Part shown: one piece after another, positions 47,809 to 55,830 of the stretch | How the letters are laid out: every line of letters begins with the position of its first letter | Position numbering within the stretch: the first letter of the stretch is position 1 | DNA from: an uncultured archaeon | Lineage (GTDB): Archaea > Hadarchaeota > Hadarchaeia > Hadarchaeales > WYZ-LMO6 | NCBI GenBank assembly: GCA_938074535.1 | Contig: CALJER010000009.1 | Coordinates: 1-55,830 of the forward strand | Reading direction: 5' to 3' | Length of the DNA: 55,830 nt | The notes under the pieces: model-generated | The model's database searches: none | Seen by the model: only the letters and a program-made list of their open reading frames with translations | Told to the model about the DNA's origin: nothing | Made by a program: the position numbers and the translations under genes

Positions 47809-49046
47809 TCAGAGGAGGTAGAGGAAGGTGGAGTAGATGAGGAGGTTGAGGAAGGTGAGGGGAACCCCCACCCTGACGAACTCCCAGAAGCCGAGGGTCT
47901 CCCCCCGCTTCTCGGCGTTCTGGATGATGGTGACGTTGCTGGCCGCCCCCAGGATGGAGAAGTTCCCGGCGACGGTACTTCCTGCCGCCAGGGCCGCGAG
48001 TTCCCTGCAGGAGGCCCCCGCATGCTCCAGCATGGGAAGATAGAGGGCAACCAGAGGGACGTTAGAGAGGAGCTGGCTGAGGAGCACGCTCACCATGAAG
48101 ATGCCGGGGAGGGAAAGGAGGTTAAAGCCCCCCTCCTCGATCCTCCGCTGGAAGAAGCCCGTGTTCCAGACACTTCTCATCAGCACGAACATGGAGGCGA
48201 AAAAGATCAAGGTGTGCCAGTCCACCCTGCGGAGCACCTTCTTCCTTTTCGGGCCCAGCAGGAGGACGAAGAGGGCTGGGACCATGGCGACGTACGTGAG
48301 CCTGAAACCGAAAGAGGGGAAAAAGGAGACTAGGATCACCTTTCCGGCTATCATCGCTCCCAAGAGAAGGAGGGAAAGCTTGGATGTTCTGGCCAGCTCC
48401 GGGTCCTTTATCGGGTTTTTCGGATGGATGAGGGGGGAAGAGTGGAACTCCCTCCGGTAGAAGAGCTTCAGAAGGAGGTAGGCCAAAAGCAGGTTCAAGA
48501 GGGTGGGGAGGAGAAGGTACCTAGAGAAGGTGAGGAAAGGATCGGGCATCTCACCCTTCACGGCTATCAGGAGGTTCTGTGGGTTCCCTATGGGGCTTGT
48601 GACGCTACCTATGGTGACGGCGAAGGCCAAGGCAAGGAGCATGAGCTTGGGGGAAATCCTATGCTGGCGGGCCAGCAAAAGCATTATCGGCGTTCCGATG
48701 ATGGCGATGGTGTCGTTCATGAGGAAGGCCGAGAGGAAGCCCATGCCGAAGAGGACTAGTAGGAGAAGGGAGTCCACGATGTCGCCCTCGCGAACATTCT
48801 GGAGGAGAGCCGGGAGAGGTACCCGCTCTCCTCCAGTGCCCCTCCCACCACAAACATCCCAAAGAGGAAGAGCATCACGTCGGGGTCGATGGAGCGGAGG
48901 GCATCCCCAGGGGAGATTTGCCCTGTGAGCAGGACGGCCAGGGCCCCAAGGGACATGATTTCCCATATCTGGAATCTGAAGTTCCCCACCTGCCTCACCG
49001 CCACGAGCAGGAAGACGGCCGCCAGCACTGCCAGAGGGATAACCAT
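47809..49046 (-). pseudogene. ArsB/NhaD/CitMHS (IT superfamily) anion transporter split by a 1-nt frameshift near 48780
   Basis: N-half (FLFGMFVVG.ALEESG) in ORF 48756..49046; remainder (NDT, SPIGNPQN, LSNVP, GAASN) in ORF 47809..48966. Confidence 0.8.
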
Positions 49047-49176
49047 ACTCCTCGCCTTCCTTTTGGAGAGTGAGTGTGTAGTCGATGCGAGGTTAAGGAC
49101 TTTCGGTGGGGCCTGGTAGGACTAAGTATCGCATTGGAAGGTTGGGGAAAAATTTTACACCTTCAGGTCACACAGG

Positions 49177-49248
49177 AGCCGGGGGCCGGAATCGAACCGG
49201 CGTAAAGCGGGTCTGCAGCCCACCGCCTAACCACTAGGCTACCCCGGC
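49177..49248 (-). tRNA. tRNA-Cys(GCA)
   Basis: GCCGGGG/CCCCGGC acceptor, U73; GTGGG-CTGCAGA-CCCGC anticodon arm with G37; GGTTCGATTCC. Confidence 0.95.
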
Positions 49249-49318
49249 TCAACCCCCTCCCCCTTTCCCGATAAATCCCTTTGGGAGCCTTTTTAGTCCC
49301 CCCTTCCCTCTTTTGGAG

Positions 49319-49600
49319 ATGTACAGGGTAATCCTGGAAGTGAAGGAGGTGAGGGGTTTCTGCGCCGCCGGCTACAAGCCGGGGGACAGACTGGTGATAC
49401 AGGAGCCCTCCGTTCTCTCCGAGAAGAGCGCCAACGTCTGCCTCTACGCCATAGGTGCCTTCCTGCCCTACCTGACCGCCCTCTACCGGGAGACCCCGCA
49501 GGAGGACTGGGTGAACCTAGTTCAGGAACTCCAGTGTCCCGATGTCCACAACACCGTGGTCTTCAGGGTGGTCAGGGAAAAGCTCGGCCGAAGCCTTTAA
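49319..49600 (+). CDS. TIGR04076-like small Cys-containing protein
   Basis: V.G.C..GYK.GD, C..A, QCPD...VVF. Confidence 0.78.
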   Translation: MYRVILEVKEVRGFCAAGYKPGDRLVIQEPSVLSEKSANVCLYAIGAFLPYLTALYRETPQEDWVNLVQELQCPDVHNTVVFRVVREKLGRSL

Positions 49601-49626
49601 GCCTGGTCTGGAAGGGGGGGAATGGC

Positions 49627-50091
49627 ATGAAGGGAGACACCCGGAGGGTCCTCAACTCCAAGATCCTCCATGGCCTGAGGGTGAGGGAGGTGATGAACCG
49701 GGAACCACCCACGGTGTCACCCGATACCCCCCTCGAGGATCTCTTCGAGCGCCTGCTCACCCAGGCGGAGGACTTCCTCCTGGTGGTGGATGAGAAGAAA
49801 AGGCTCTTGGGAGTGATCACGGAGAGCGATGTGCTTCAGGCTCTCCACCCCCACGTCCCGGGAACGGTGGTGGGCTCCCTGTGGAAAGAAACCAGGAAGG
49901 CGGCGGCTAGAATCGCCAGGGAGATCATGAGTCCGAACCCCATCACGGCAACCCCCGACATGACCATTTACCAAGCCCTCAACCTGATGCGCGTGCACAA
50001 GGTGCGCCGTTTGCCAGTGGTGAAAGGTCGTAGGCTGGTGGGGCAGCTCTCGGTGAAGAACATCCTCGAAATACACAAGTTCGTGAGGTAG
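49627..50091 (+). CDS. CBS domain pair protein
   Basis: VREVM, LLGVITESD, AREIM, RRLPVV..LVG. Confidence 0.9.
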   Translation: MKGDTRRVLNSKILHGLRVREVMNREPPTVSPDTPLEDLFERLLTQAEDFLLVVDEKKRLLGVITESDVLQALHPHVPGTVVGSLWKETRKAAARIAREIMSPNPITATPDMTIYQALNLMRVHKVRRLPVVKGRRLVGQLSVKNILEIHKFVR

Positions 50092-50099
50092 GTGCAGGC

Positions 50100-51347
50100 T
50101 TGGAGGCAGAGTTCTCCCGCATGCTTCTCTACCTATCCCTCTGCCTCCTCGCGGCCAAGCTGGGCGGTCTTCTGGCCCTCAGGCTCAGGCAACCCAGCGT
50201 GTTCGGTGAGTTGTTGGTAGGCATCCTTCTCGGTCCCTCCGTGGCCGGCTGGCTTTCAGCGGAACTCTGGGGGAACTGCTGGTGCCTGGATCCTCAGAGC
50301 CAGGCAGGAATCTTCGTGCACTCCCTTGCGGAGATAGGCATCATCGTCCTCATGTTTCTCGCCGGTCTCTCCGTGGATGTCGAGGAGTTCAAGAAGGCCG
50401 AAAAACCAGCGGCCATCGTGGCAACGCTGGGGGTGGTGGTGGCCTTCCTCTTCGGCTTCTCCCTGGCCTCCCTCTATAGCTGGTCCAGGGAGGAGGCAGC
50501 TTTCGCGGGAGGGGTTCTGGTGGCCACCAGCGTGGGGTTGTCGGTGAGGTCCCTCCTCGATCTCAACCGGCTCGGCACAAGGGTGGGGATGGTTATCTTG
50601 GGGGCCGCGGTCATGGACGACATTTTCGGCATCGTTGTTCTGAGCCTTCTCGTGGGCCTAGTCTATGGAAGTATCTCGGTTTTCGGGCTCTTTGAGTCCG
50701 TGGCCTTCATGGTCGCCTTCTTCATCCTCGTGTTGGTGGGGGGCTTTAAGGCCGGACCCAGGATCCTCACCCGCGTAAGCCACTGGAGGGTGGAGGAAGC
50801 CATCCTCTCGGTGGGAATGGCTCTGGCCCTACTCGCTGCCGCGCTGGCGGAAACGGTGAACGTGGCGGCCATCACCGGGGCCTTCCTGGTCGGGTTGGTG
50901 CTCAGCCGGTCTCCCGTGTCGAGCTCCCTTAAGGAGAAGGTTTCTACGTTGGGCTACGGTTTCCTCATCCCCCTCTTCTTCGTGGACATGGGGGTGAGAA
51001 CCGATCTGGGGGCCCTCGGGGGGTTGAGGCTGCTGGCCCTCCTCTTTCTCTTTGTTTCCGTTTTGAGCAAAATAGTAGGCTGCGGGCTGGGTGCGCTGTT
51101 GGGTGGGTTAGGAGCGAAGGACTCCCTGAGGGTGGGGATTGGGATGGTACCGAGGGCGGAGGTGGCCCTCATCATCGCTGCCACGGGTATGAGGGCAGGG
51201 GTGGTGGGGAAGGACCTCTTCTCCCTCACGGTTCTCACGGTGCTTTTCACTTCCCTCCTCACTCCACCGCTTCTGAGGTGGGCTTTCTCGGAGGAGGAAG
51301 CGCAACACGGCCGCGGGGTCCGGAGCGGATCCGCCGTGGTTCACTAA
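50100..51347 (+). CDS. Cation:proton antiporter (CPA2/NapA-like)
   Basis: P.VFGELLVG.LLGP, ATSV, AAVMDD, PLFF..G, K..GC, PRAEV. Confidence 0.92.
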   Translation: MEAEFSRMLLYLSLCLLAAKLGGLLALRLRQPSVFGELLVGILLGPSVAGWLSAELWGNCWCLDPQSQAGIFVHSLAEIGIIVLMFLAGLSVDVEEFKKAEKPAAIVATLGVVVAFLFGFSLASLYSWSREEAAFAGGVLVATSVGLSVRSLLDLNRLGTRVGMVILGAAVMDDIFGIVVLSLLVGLVYGSISVFGLFESVAFMVAFFILVLVGGFKAGPRILTRVSHWRVEEAILSVGMALALLAAALAETVNVAAITGAFLVGLVLSRSPVSSSLKEKVSTLGYGFLIPLFFVDMGVRTDLGALGGLRLLALLFLFVSVLSKIVGCGLGALLGGLGAKDSLRVGIGMVPRAEVALIIAATGMRAGVVGKDLFSLTVLTVLFTSLLTPPLLRWAFSEEEAQHGRGVRSGSAVVH

Positions 51348-51505
51348 TTTTGAGCTCGAGCCCCCTCAACTCTGGTTGGCGAGTCATGGTCTTCCCCTAT
51401 CACGGATTTTTCTGAACCATGCAAGCACATGCCGGAACAACCCTAGATTTGTGGACCATCAAAGGTGTTCCACCCCAGTCCGGCTTGAGAGACTGGAAGT
51501 TAGAT

Positions 51506-52753
51506 TTACAGGGCGGGGCCTGTTCTTCCCCACCAGACCTTCAGGTGCCAGATGACCGAGAGCAGGGCGGCGAGCGAGGCTGCTGCCACGACTAGGAGCA
51601 GGAGGGAGCTGGTTGGTGGGGTTGGGGTGGCGAAAGTGAAGTCCCCGGAGATTTCCAGGTTGTTGTCGATATTTACCGACTTTACCCGGAAGTGGTAGGT
51701 TGTGCCGGGGGACAGGCCGTAAAGGGTCACGGAGTGGCTGGTGGTGACTCCTTCGGTGGCTGTGCATCCGTAAGCCGTGGTGATGCCGTATTCCACGATG
51801 CTGGATGAGGGTTCGACCGTCGTCCAGGAGATCACTGCCGAGGTCTGGCCGGGGGAAGAGATAACATTTGAAATCCCGGGGATACCTTGGGAGGTCGCGT
51901 AGGTGTTGGCCTCGAGGGTGTTGCTGGTAGACTTCGCCAAATCGCTGAAGGAGATGTCGCTACCGGTGTTGCCCGTGCACGTGTTGAAGGAGAGGACGTT
52001 GCTTTTGGAGTACCAGAGAGTAATGCCCTCCAAGTTGTTCTTCACGATGTTCCCGGAGAGGACGTTGTAGTCAGAACTCGAAAGACTGATGCCCTCCGAG
52101 CTGTTCTCCACAACATTCCCTGAGACGGTGTTGTAGTCAGAACTCGAAAGACTGATGCCATGCCAGTTCTTCTTCACGGTGTTCCCGGAGATGATGTTGT
52201 GGTCAGAGTTCGAGAGGTGTATACCAGACTGGGAGTTGCTCTCCATGGTGTTCCCGGAGATGATGTTGTGGTCAGAGTTCGAGAGGTGGATGCCGCACCG
52301 GGAGTGGTTCTTCACGGTGTTCCCGGAGATGATGTTGTAGTCCGAGTCCTCTAGGTAGAGGGCGTACAAGTTATTTTCAAGCGTGGAGTTCTCTACTCTC
52401 CCATTTCGCACGTTGTAAAGGTAAATTCCGTAGTACCTCTCTCGCCCCTTTTCCACCGTCACGTTCCTGATGATGAAATACTTGGTGGTGTTTCTGATGT
52501 GGATTCCGTGGGTCGAGGAGGCATCGATCAACCAGTTCTCTATGAGGTAGGGATTTTCGGCCGTCCCGTCTCCCCCGCCGTTGACTCCATTCCCTGGCGT
52601 GAAGCTGCTGTCGCCATCGATGCAGATGGGGGATCTCGGGGCCGGTGAAGCCGAAACAGCGGGTGCGAGGAGCGATAACTCGAACAGAACCGAGCTGGCC
52701 AGGATCAGCAGGGTGAGCACGGTCCCAGCTGCCGGATCCCACTTCTGGTCCAA
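51506..52753 (-). CDS. Secreted, membrane-anchored right-handed beta-helix (NosD/CASH) protein with fibronectin type III-like domain
   Basis: Signal peptide, G.GT.ENPY.IE, repeats GI.LS.SD.N..SGN, FN3-like LSPGTTYHFRVKS, C-terminal TM. Confidence 0.85.
   Translation of the reverse strand: MDQKWDPAAGTVLTLLILASSVLFELSLLAPAVSASPAPRSPICIDGDSSFTPGNGVNGGGDGTAENPYLIENWLIDASSTHGIHIRNTTKYFIIRNVTVEKGRERYYGIYLYNVRNGRVENSTLENNLYALYLEDSDYNIISGNTVKNHSRCGIHLSNSDHNIISGNTMESNSQSGIHLSNSDHNIISGNTVKKNWHGISLSSSDYNTVSGNVVENSSEGISLSSSDYNVLSGNIVKNNLEGITLWYSKSNVLSFNTCTGNTGSDISFSDLAKSTSNTLEANTYATSQGIPGISNVISSPGQTSAVISWTTVEPSSSIVEYGITTAYGCTATEGVTTSHSVTLYGLSPGTTYHFRVKSVNIDNNLEISGDFTFATPTPPTSSLLLLVVAAASLAALLSVIWHLKVWWGRTGPAL
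52030..52340. repeat. Intragenic tandem repeats (66/69-nt period) encoding beta-helix coils
   Basis: 42-nt identity at 52178-52219 and 52247-52288, partial third copy at 52316; 30-nt identity at 52064 and 52130. Confidence 0.9.
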
Positions 52754-52925
52754 CCTCTTGCGCCCCCAGGGCTCTTGATTTTTGGTGCTATTAAGCTGTT
52801 TTTGAAGCGGAGCCTGTTTTTGACTCTTTCCTCAGTTTTGCAGGATAATGCGCTGGGCAGGCTAAAGCAGGCTTTTCAGAGGGTTTAATTCAGGGGTAAT
52901 CTACAAAGGTTCCCGGTTTTGAACG

Positions 52926-53001
52926 TGGTGGGCCCGCTGGGATTCGAACCCAGGATCTGCGGTGTGTGAGACCGCCGTCATAGCCGCTAGACCACGGGCC
53001 C
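52926..53001 (-). tRNA. tRNA-Val(CAC), CCA encoded
   Basis: GCGGT-CTCACAC-ACCGC anticodon arm; body otherwise identical to the tRNA-Val(GAC); ends ACCA. Confidence 0.95.
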
Positions 53002-53104
53002 GTAGAACCTCACCACTTGCCGCATAAAGGATTTGCCCTCCTCCAACGGGGCGCCCTTTCTCCACCGCCTTAAAAGCTAAATCCCACCGTCCAAAAGAAA
53101 ACAT

Positions 53105-54967
53105 GTGGAGGAGTGGAGGAGGAAGTACCCTGAGAAGTTCCTCCCGGAGGAGGAAATCTTCAGAAGGATTCGCCGGGGGAGCAGGATCTTCGTGGGCACG
53201 GGGTGTGGGGAGCCCCAGCACCTCCTCACCTCCTTCGTGAAGTGGGTGGAAGCCCACCCCAAGGCCCTCTTGGGGACGGAAATCTTTCAGGTTTGGTCTC
53301 TGGGGGTCTCGGCCTACACCGAACCTAAGTTCAGGGACAATTTCAGGGCCAATTCCTTCTTCGTGGGGCCCAGCACCAGAAGGGCCGTGAACGAGGGTGA
53401 GGCTGACTACACCCCCATCTTCCTCTCGAAAGTACCGGGACTTCTCAGGGAGGGCTTCATCCCAATCGACGTGGCTTTAGTGCAAACCTCCCCACCAGAT
53501 CCGCATGGATACCTCAGCTTGGGCATAAGCGTGGATATCACCAAGGTGGCCGTGGAGAGTGCTGATCTGGTGGTGGCGCAGGTCAACCGGCACATGCCAA
53601 GAACCCACGGTGACGGCTTTTTGCACCTGGAGGAGGTGGACTTTGTGGTCCCCTGGGACGAGCCCCTTTTGGAGTATGAGGAGAGGCTCCCCGATGAGGT
53701 CTCTCAGAGGATAGGTAAGCATGTTTCCAGCCTTGTGGAGGATGGGGACACCCTTCAGGTGGGGTATGGGAGCATCCCCAACGCCGTCCTTTCCAACCTT
53801 GGAGACAGGAGACACTTGGGGATACACTCGGAGCTCTTCACGGATGGGATGGTGGAACTGATGAAGAGCGGTACGATCGACAACTCCAAGAAGAGGGTCG
53901 ACCGGGGAAAGGCCGTGGCCAGTTTTTGCATGGGCAAAAAGGCCACCTACGACTTCTTGAACGACAACCCGGCGGTGGAGTTCAGGACGGTTGACTATAC
54001 CAACGATCCCTTAATCATAGCCAGGCAGCACCACATGGTGGCCATAAACAGCGCCTTGGAGATAGACCTGACGGGGCAGGCCACGGCCGAATCCATAGGC
54101 GGTTTCTTCTACAGCGGGCTGGGCGGACAGGCTGACTTCATGAGGGGTGCGGCCCTGGCCAGACACGGGAAAGCCGTTCTGGTCCTCCAGTCCACGGCTG
54201 AGGGGGGAAGGGTCTCACGTATAGTTCCCCGTCTGAAGGAAGGGGCAGGAGTGACTCTCAACAGGGGGGATGTGCAGTACGTGGTCACGGAGCACGGTGT
54301 GGCCTACCTGCACGGGAAGAGCGTGAGGGAGAGGGCCATGGAGCTCATCCGCCTGGCCCACCCTGACTTCAGGCCCTGGCTCATCGAGGAGGCTAAAAAA
54401 CTGGGCCTCGTTTTCAAGGACCAGGTTTATGTCCGGGGGGAGTATCCGGAGGAGCTAGAGACCATCAAGAGGACGAAAACGGGTCTGGAGATTTTCCTGC
54501 GGCCCGTGAAGCTCAGCGACGAGCCCCTCCTGAAAGAGTTCTTCTATTCCCTCTCCGACGAGAGCCTGTATCGCAGGTTCATGTCCCCCAGAAAGGACAT
54601 GCCTCACGAGCAACTGCAGAAGTTCGTGGTCGTCGACTACATCAGGCAGATGGTCCTCTTGGCCGTCCTGAGGAGGGAGGAGAGGGAGAAGGTGGTAGGG
54701 ATGGCCCAGTATGTGCTGGACGAGGCAACCAACTTCGCGGAGGTGGCTTTTGCCGTGAGGGACCAGTACCAGAACCAGGGGGTGGGGAGGGAACTGCTGA
54801 GACAGCTTACCTACATTGCGAGGAGGCGCGGTATCTTCGGCTTCACGGCCCAAGTGCTGGCCACCAACCGACCCATGTTGCGCCTTTTCGACAGCATGAA
54901 CTTTTCCACCCAGAAGAGGGTGTCCGAAGGGGTGGTGGAGCTCAGGATGAGGTTCAGAAGATCATAA
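53105..54967 (+). CDS. Acetyl-CoA hydrolase/CoA-transferase fused to C-terminal GNAT acetyltransferase
   Basis: GEPQ, SPPD.HGY.SLG, LQVGYG.IP, GIHSE, GGQADF, VTEHG; then YRRF...AEVAFAV.D.YQNQGVG. Confidence 0.92.
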   Translation: MEEWRRKYPEKFLPEEEIFRRIRRGSRIFVGTGCGEPQHLLTSFVKWVEAHPKALLGTEIFQVWSLGVSAYTEPKFRDNFRANSFFVGPSTRRAVNEGEADYTPIFLSKVPGLLREGFIPIDVALVQTSPPDPHGYLSLGISVDITKVAVESADLVVAQVNRHMPRTHGDGFLHLEEVDFVVPWDEPLLEYEERLPDEVSQRIGKHVSSLVEDGDTLQVGYGSIPNAVLSNLGDRRHLGIHSELFTDGMVELMKSGTIDNSKKRVDRGKAVASFCMGKKATYDFLNDNPAVEFRTVDYTNDPLIIARQHHMVAINSALEIDLTGQATAESIGGFFYSGLGGQADFMRGAALARHGKAVLVLQSTAEGGRVSRIVPRLKEGAGVTLNRGDVQYVVTEHGVAYLHGKSVRERAMELIRLAHPDFRPWLIEEAKKLGLVFKDQVYVRGEYPEELETIKRTKTGLEIFLRPVKLSDEPLLKEFFYSLSDESLYRRFMSPRKDMPHEQLQKFVVVDYIRQMVLLAVLRREEREKVVGMAQYVLDEATNFAEVAFAVRDQYQNQGVGRELLRQLTYIARRRGIFGFTAQVLATNRPMLRLFDSMNFSTQKRVSEGVVELRMRFRRS

Positions 54968-55033
54968 GTGAAGTTATTTTCTTGGGGTTAGGGCCTTCCC
55001 CCCCAGGAGCACTTCCGAAAGTGGTCGCAAAAA

Positions 55034-55830
55034 CTATCCGCTTTCTACCTTGAGGCCTTCCCCTCCCAGGGTTACGGGCAGAGGTTTTCCTCCGACCCTC
55101 CTGATAGCTCGCGAAACTTCCCCTTCCCTGCCGGGGCAAAGGGCCAGCATACACCCTCCTCCCCCACCCCCGGTGAGCTTAGCTCCCAGAGCCCCCGCCT
55201 CCCTCGCCGCCCTTATGAGCTTCTCCAGAGCCGGGGAGCTCACGCCGAGGGCCGCCAAGCAGGCCTGGTTCGCGTTCATCAGCTCTCCCGTCCTCCTCAA
55301 ATCACCCCTCCTCAGGGAGCTGAGCCCGGCATCCGTGATCGTACCCATGAGCCGGAAAAGGGCCTCCACCTGCCCAGGGTGCTCCTCCTTCAGTCGCTTG
55401 ACCTTTCTCACCATGGGCCCAGTGGCGCTGAAAACTCCCGTGTTTCCCACCACGAAGCTAGGGGCGGGCAGGTTGGAAAATCTCCTCACCTTCTTTCCCT
55501 CCATCCTAAGGAAGCCCCCATAGGTGGCCACCGAAACACCGGCCCGGCTGGCCACGGACTGGATTTCCAGCTCCGTTCTGAAAGCTAGGTCCACCACCTT
55601 ACGGGGATCCGCTTTCCCCCCCAGCAGGTGCAGGGCGGCCGCGACCGTGGCCACGCTGGTGGCGGAGGAGCTGGAAAGCCCAGCCCCCACGGGTAGGTCG
55701 GAGGAGATTTCCACCTCCAGCCCGCATCCTTCCCCCACCTCAGAAAAAACGAGCTCTAGGGCCTTCGCCACGTAAGAGAACCTTTCCCCTTTGAGCCTCA
55801 CCTCCGGCCTTCCCCCCATCACCACTTCCC
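55034..55830 (-). CDS. mvk: Mevalonate kinase (5'-partial)
   Basis: GHMP motif PVGAGLSSSSA, GELMN.NQ, GAKLTGGGGGG. Confidence 0.88.
   Translation of the reverse strand, partial: EVVMGGRPEVRLKGERFSYVAKALELVFSEVGEGCGLEVEISSDLPVGAGLSSSSATSVATVAAALHLLGGKADPRKVVDLAFRTELEIQSVASRAGVSVATYGGFLRMEGKKVRRFSNLPAPSFVVGNTGVFSATGPMVRKVKRLKEEHPGQVEALFRLMGTITDAGLSSLRRGDLRRTGELMNANQACLAALGVSSPALEKLIRAAREAGALGAKLTGGGGGGCMLALCPGREGEVSRAIRRVGGKPLPVTLGGEGLKVESG

Noticed and set aside
52030-52340. Possible CRISPR array (about 66-69-nt period)
   Set aside because: Repeats are in-frame coding units of a beta-helix protein, the spacers resemble each other, and no cas genes are present.

Overview
GC-rich, gene-dense archaeal chromosomal segment. 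Archaeal markers include rplP0/rpl12, spt5, aCPSF1, psmB, aIF5A, Sm1-rpl37e, NOB1, SepRS and TATA-type promoters. The ftsZ+sepF+SepRS content and AGG/CTC-rich codon style suggest a thermophilic Euryarchaeota-related lineage such as Hadarchaeota (inference only). The left half (~1-30.5 kb) is mostly housekeeping: leuS, alaS, dys, the ftsZ-secE-spt5-rpl11-rpl1-rplP0-rpl12 cluster, acs, sua5, psmB-aCPSF1, nadK-nob1, aIF5A and sepS. The right half is accessory/metabolic: MFS transporters, a low-GC islet with a PD-(D/E)xK-like gene, a large Fe-S/flavin cluster (amidohydrolase, alpha/beta hydrolase, Fe-S protein, FrhB-like, iorAB, GlcD/GlcF/CCG/LUD), a frameshifted anion transporter, a CPA2 operon, a beta-helix surface protein, a CoA-transferase-GNAT fusion and a partial mvk. 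Four tRNAs are present: Val-GAC, Ala-GGC, Cys-GCA and Val-CAC. The most notable observation is missing from the ORF track because it runs off the left edge: one uninterrupted minus-strand ORF (1578 to <1) fuses a Wzx/MOP-like multi-pass membrane domain to an ApbE flavin (FAD:protein FMN) transferase. All family calls are from motif recognition by eye; no database searches were run.
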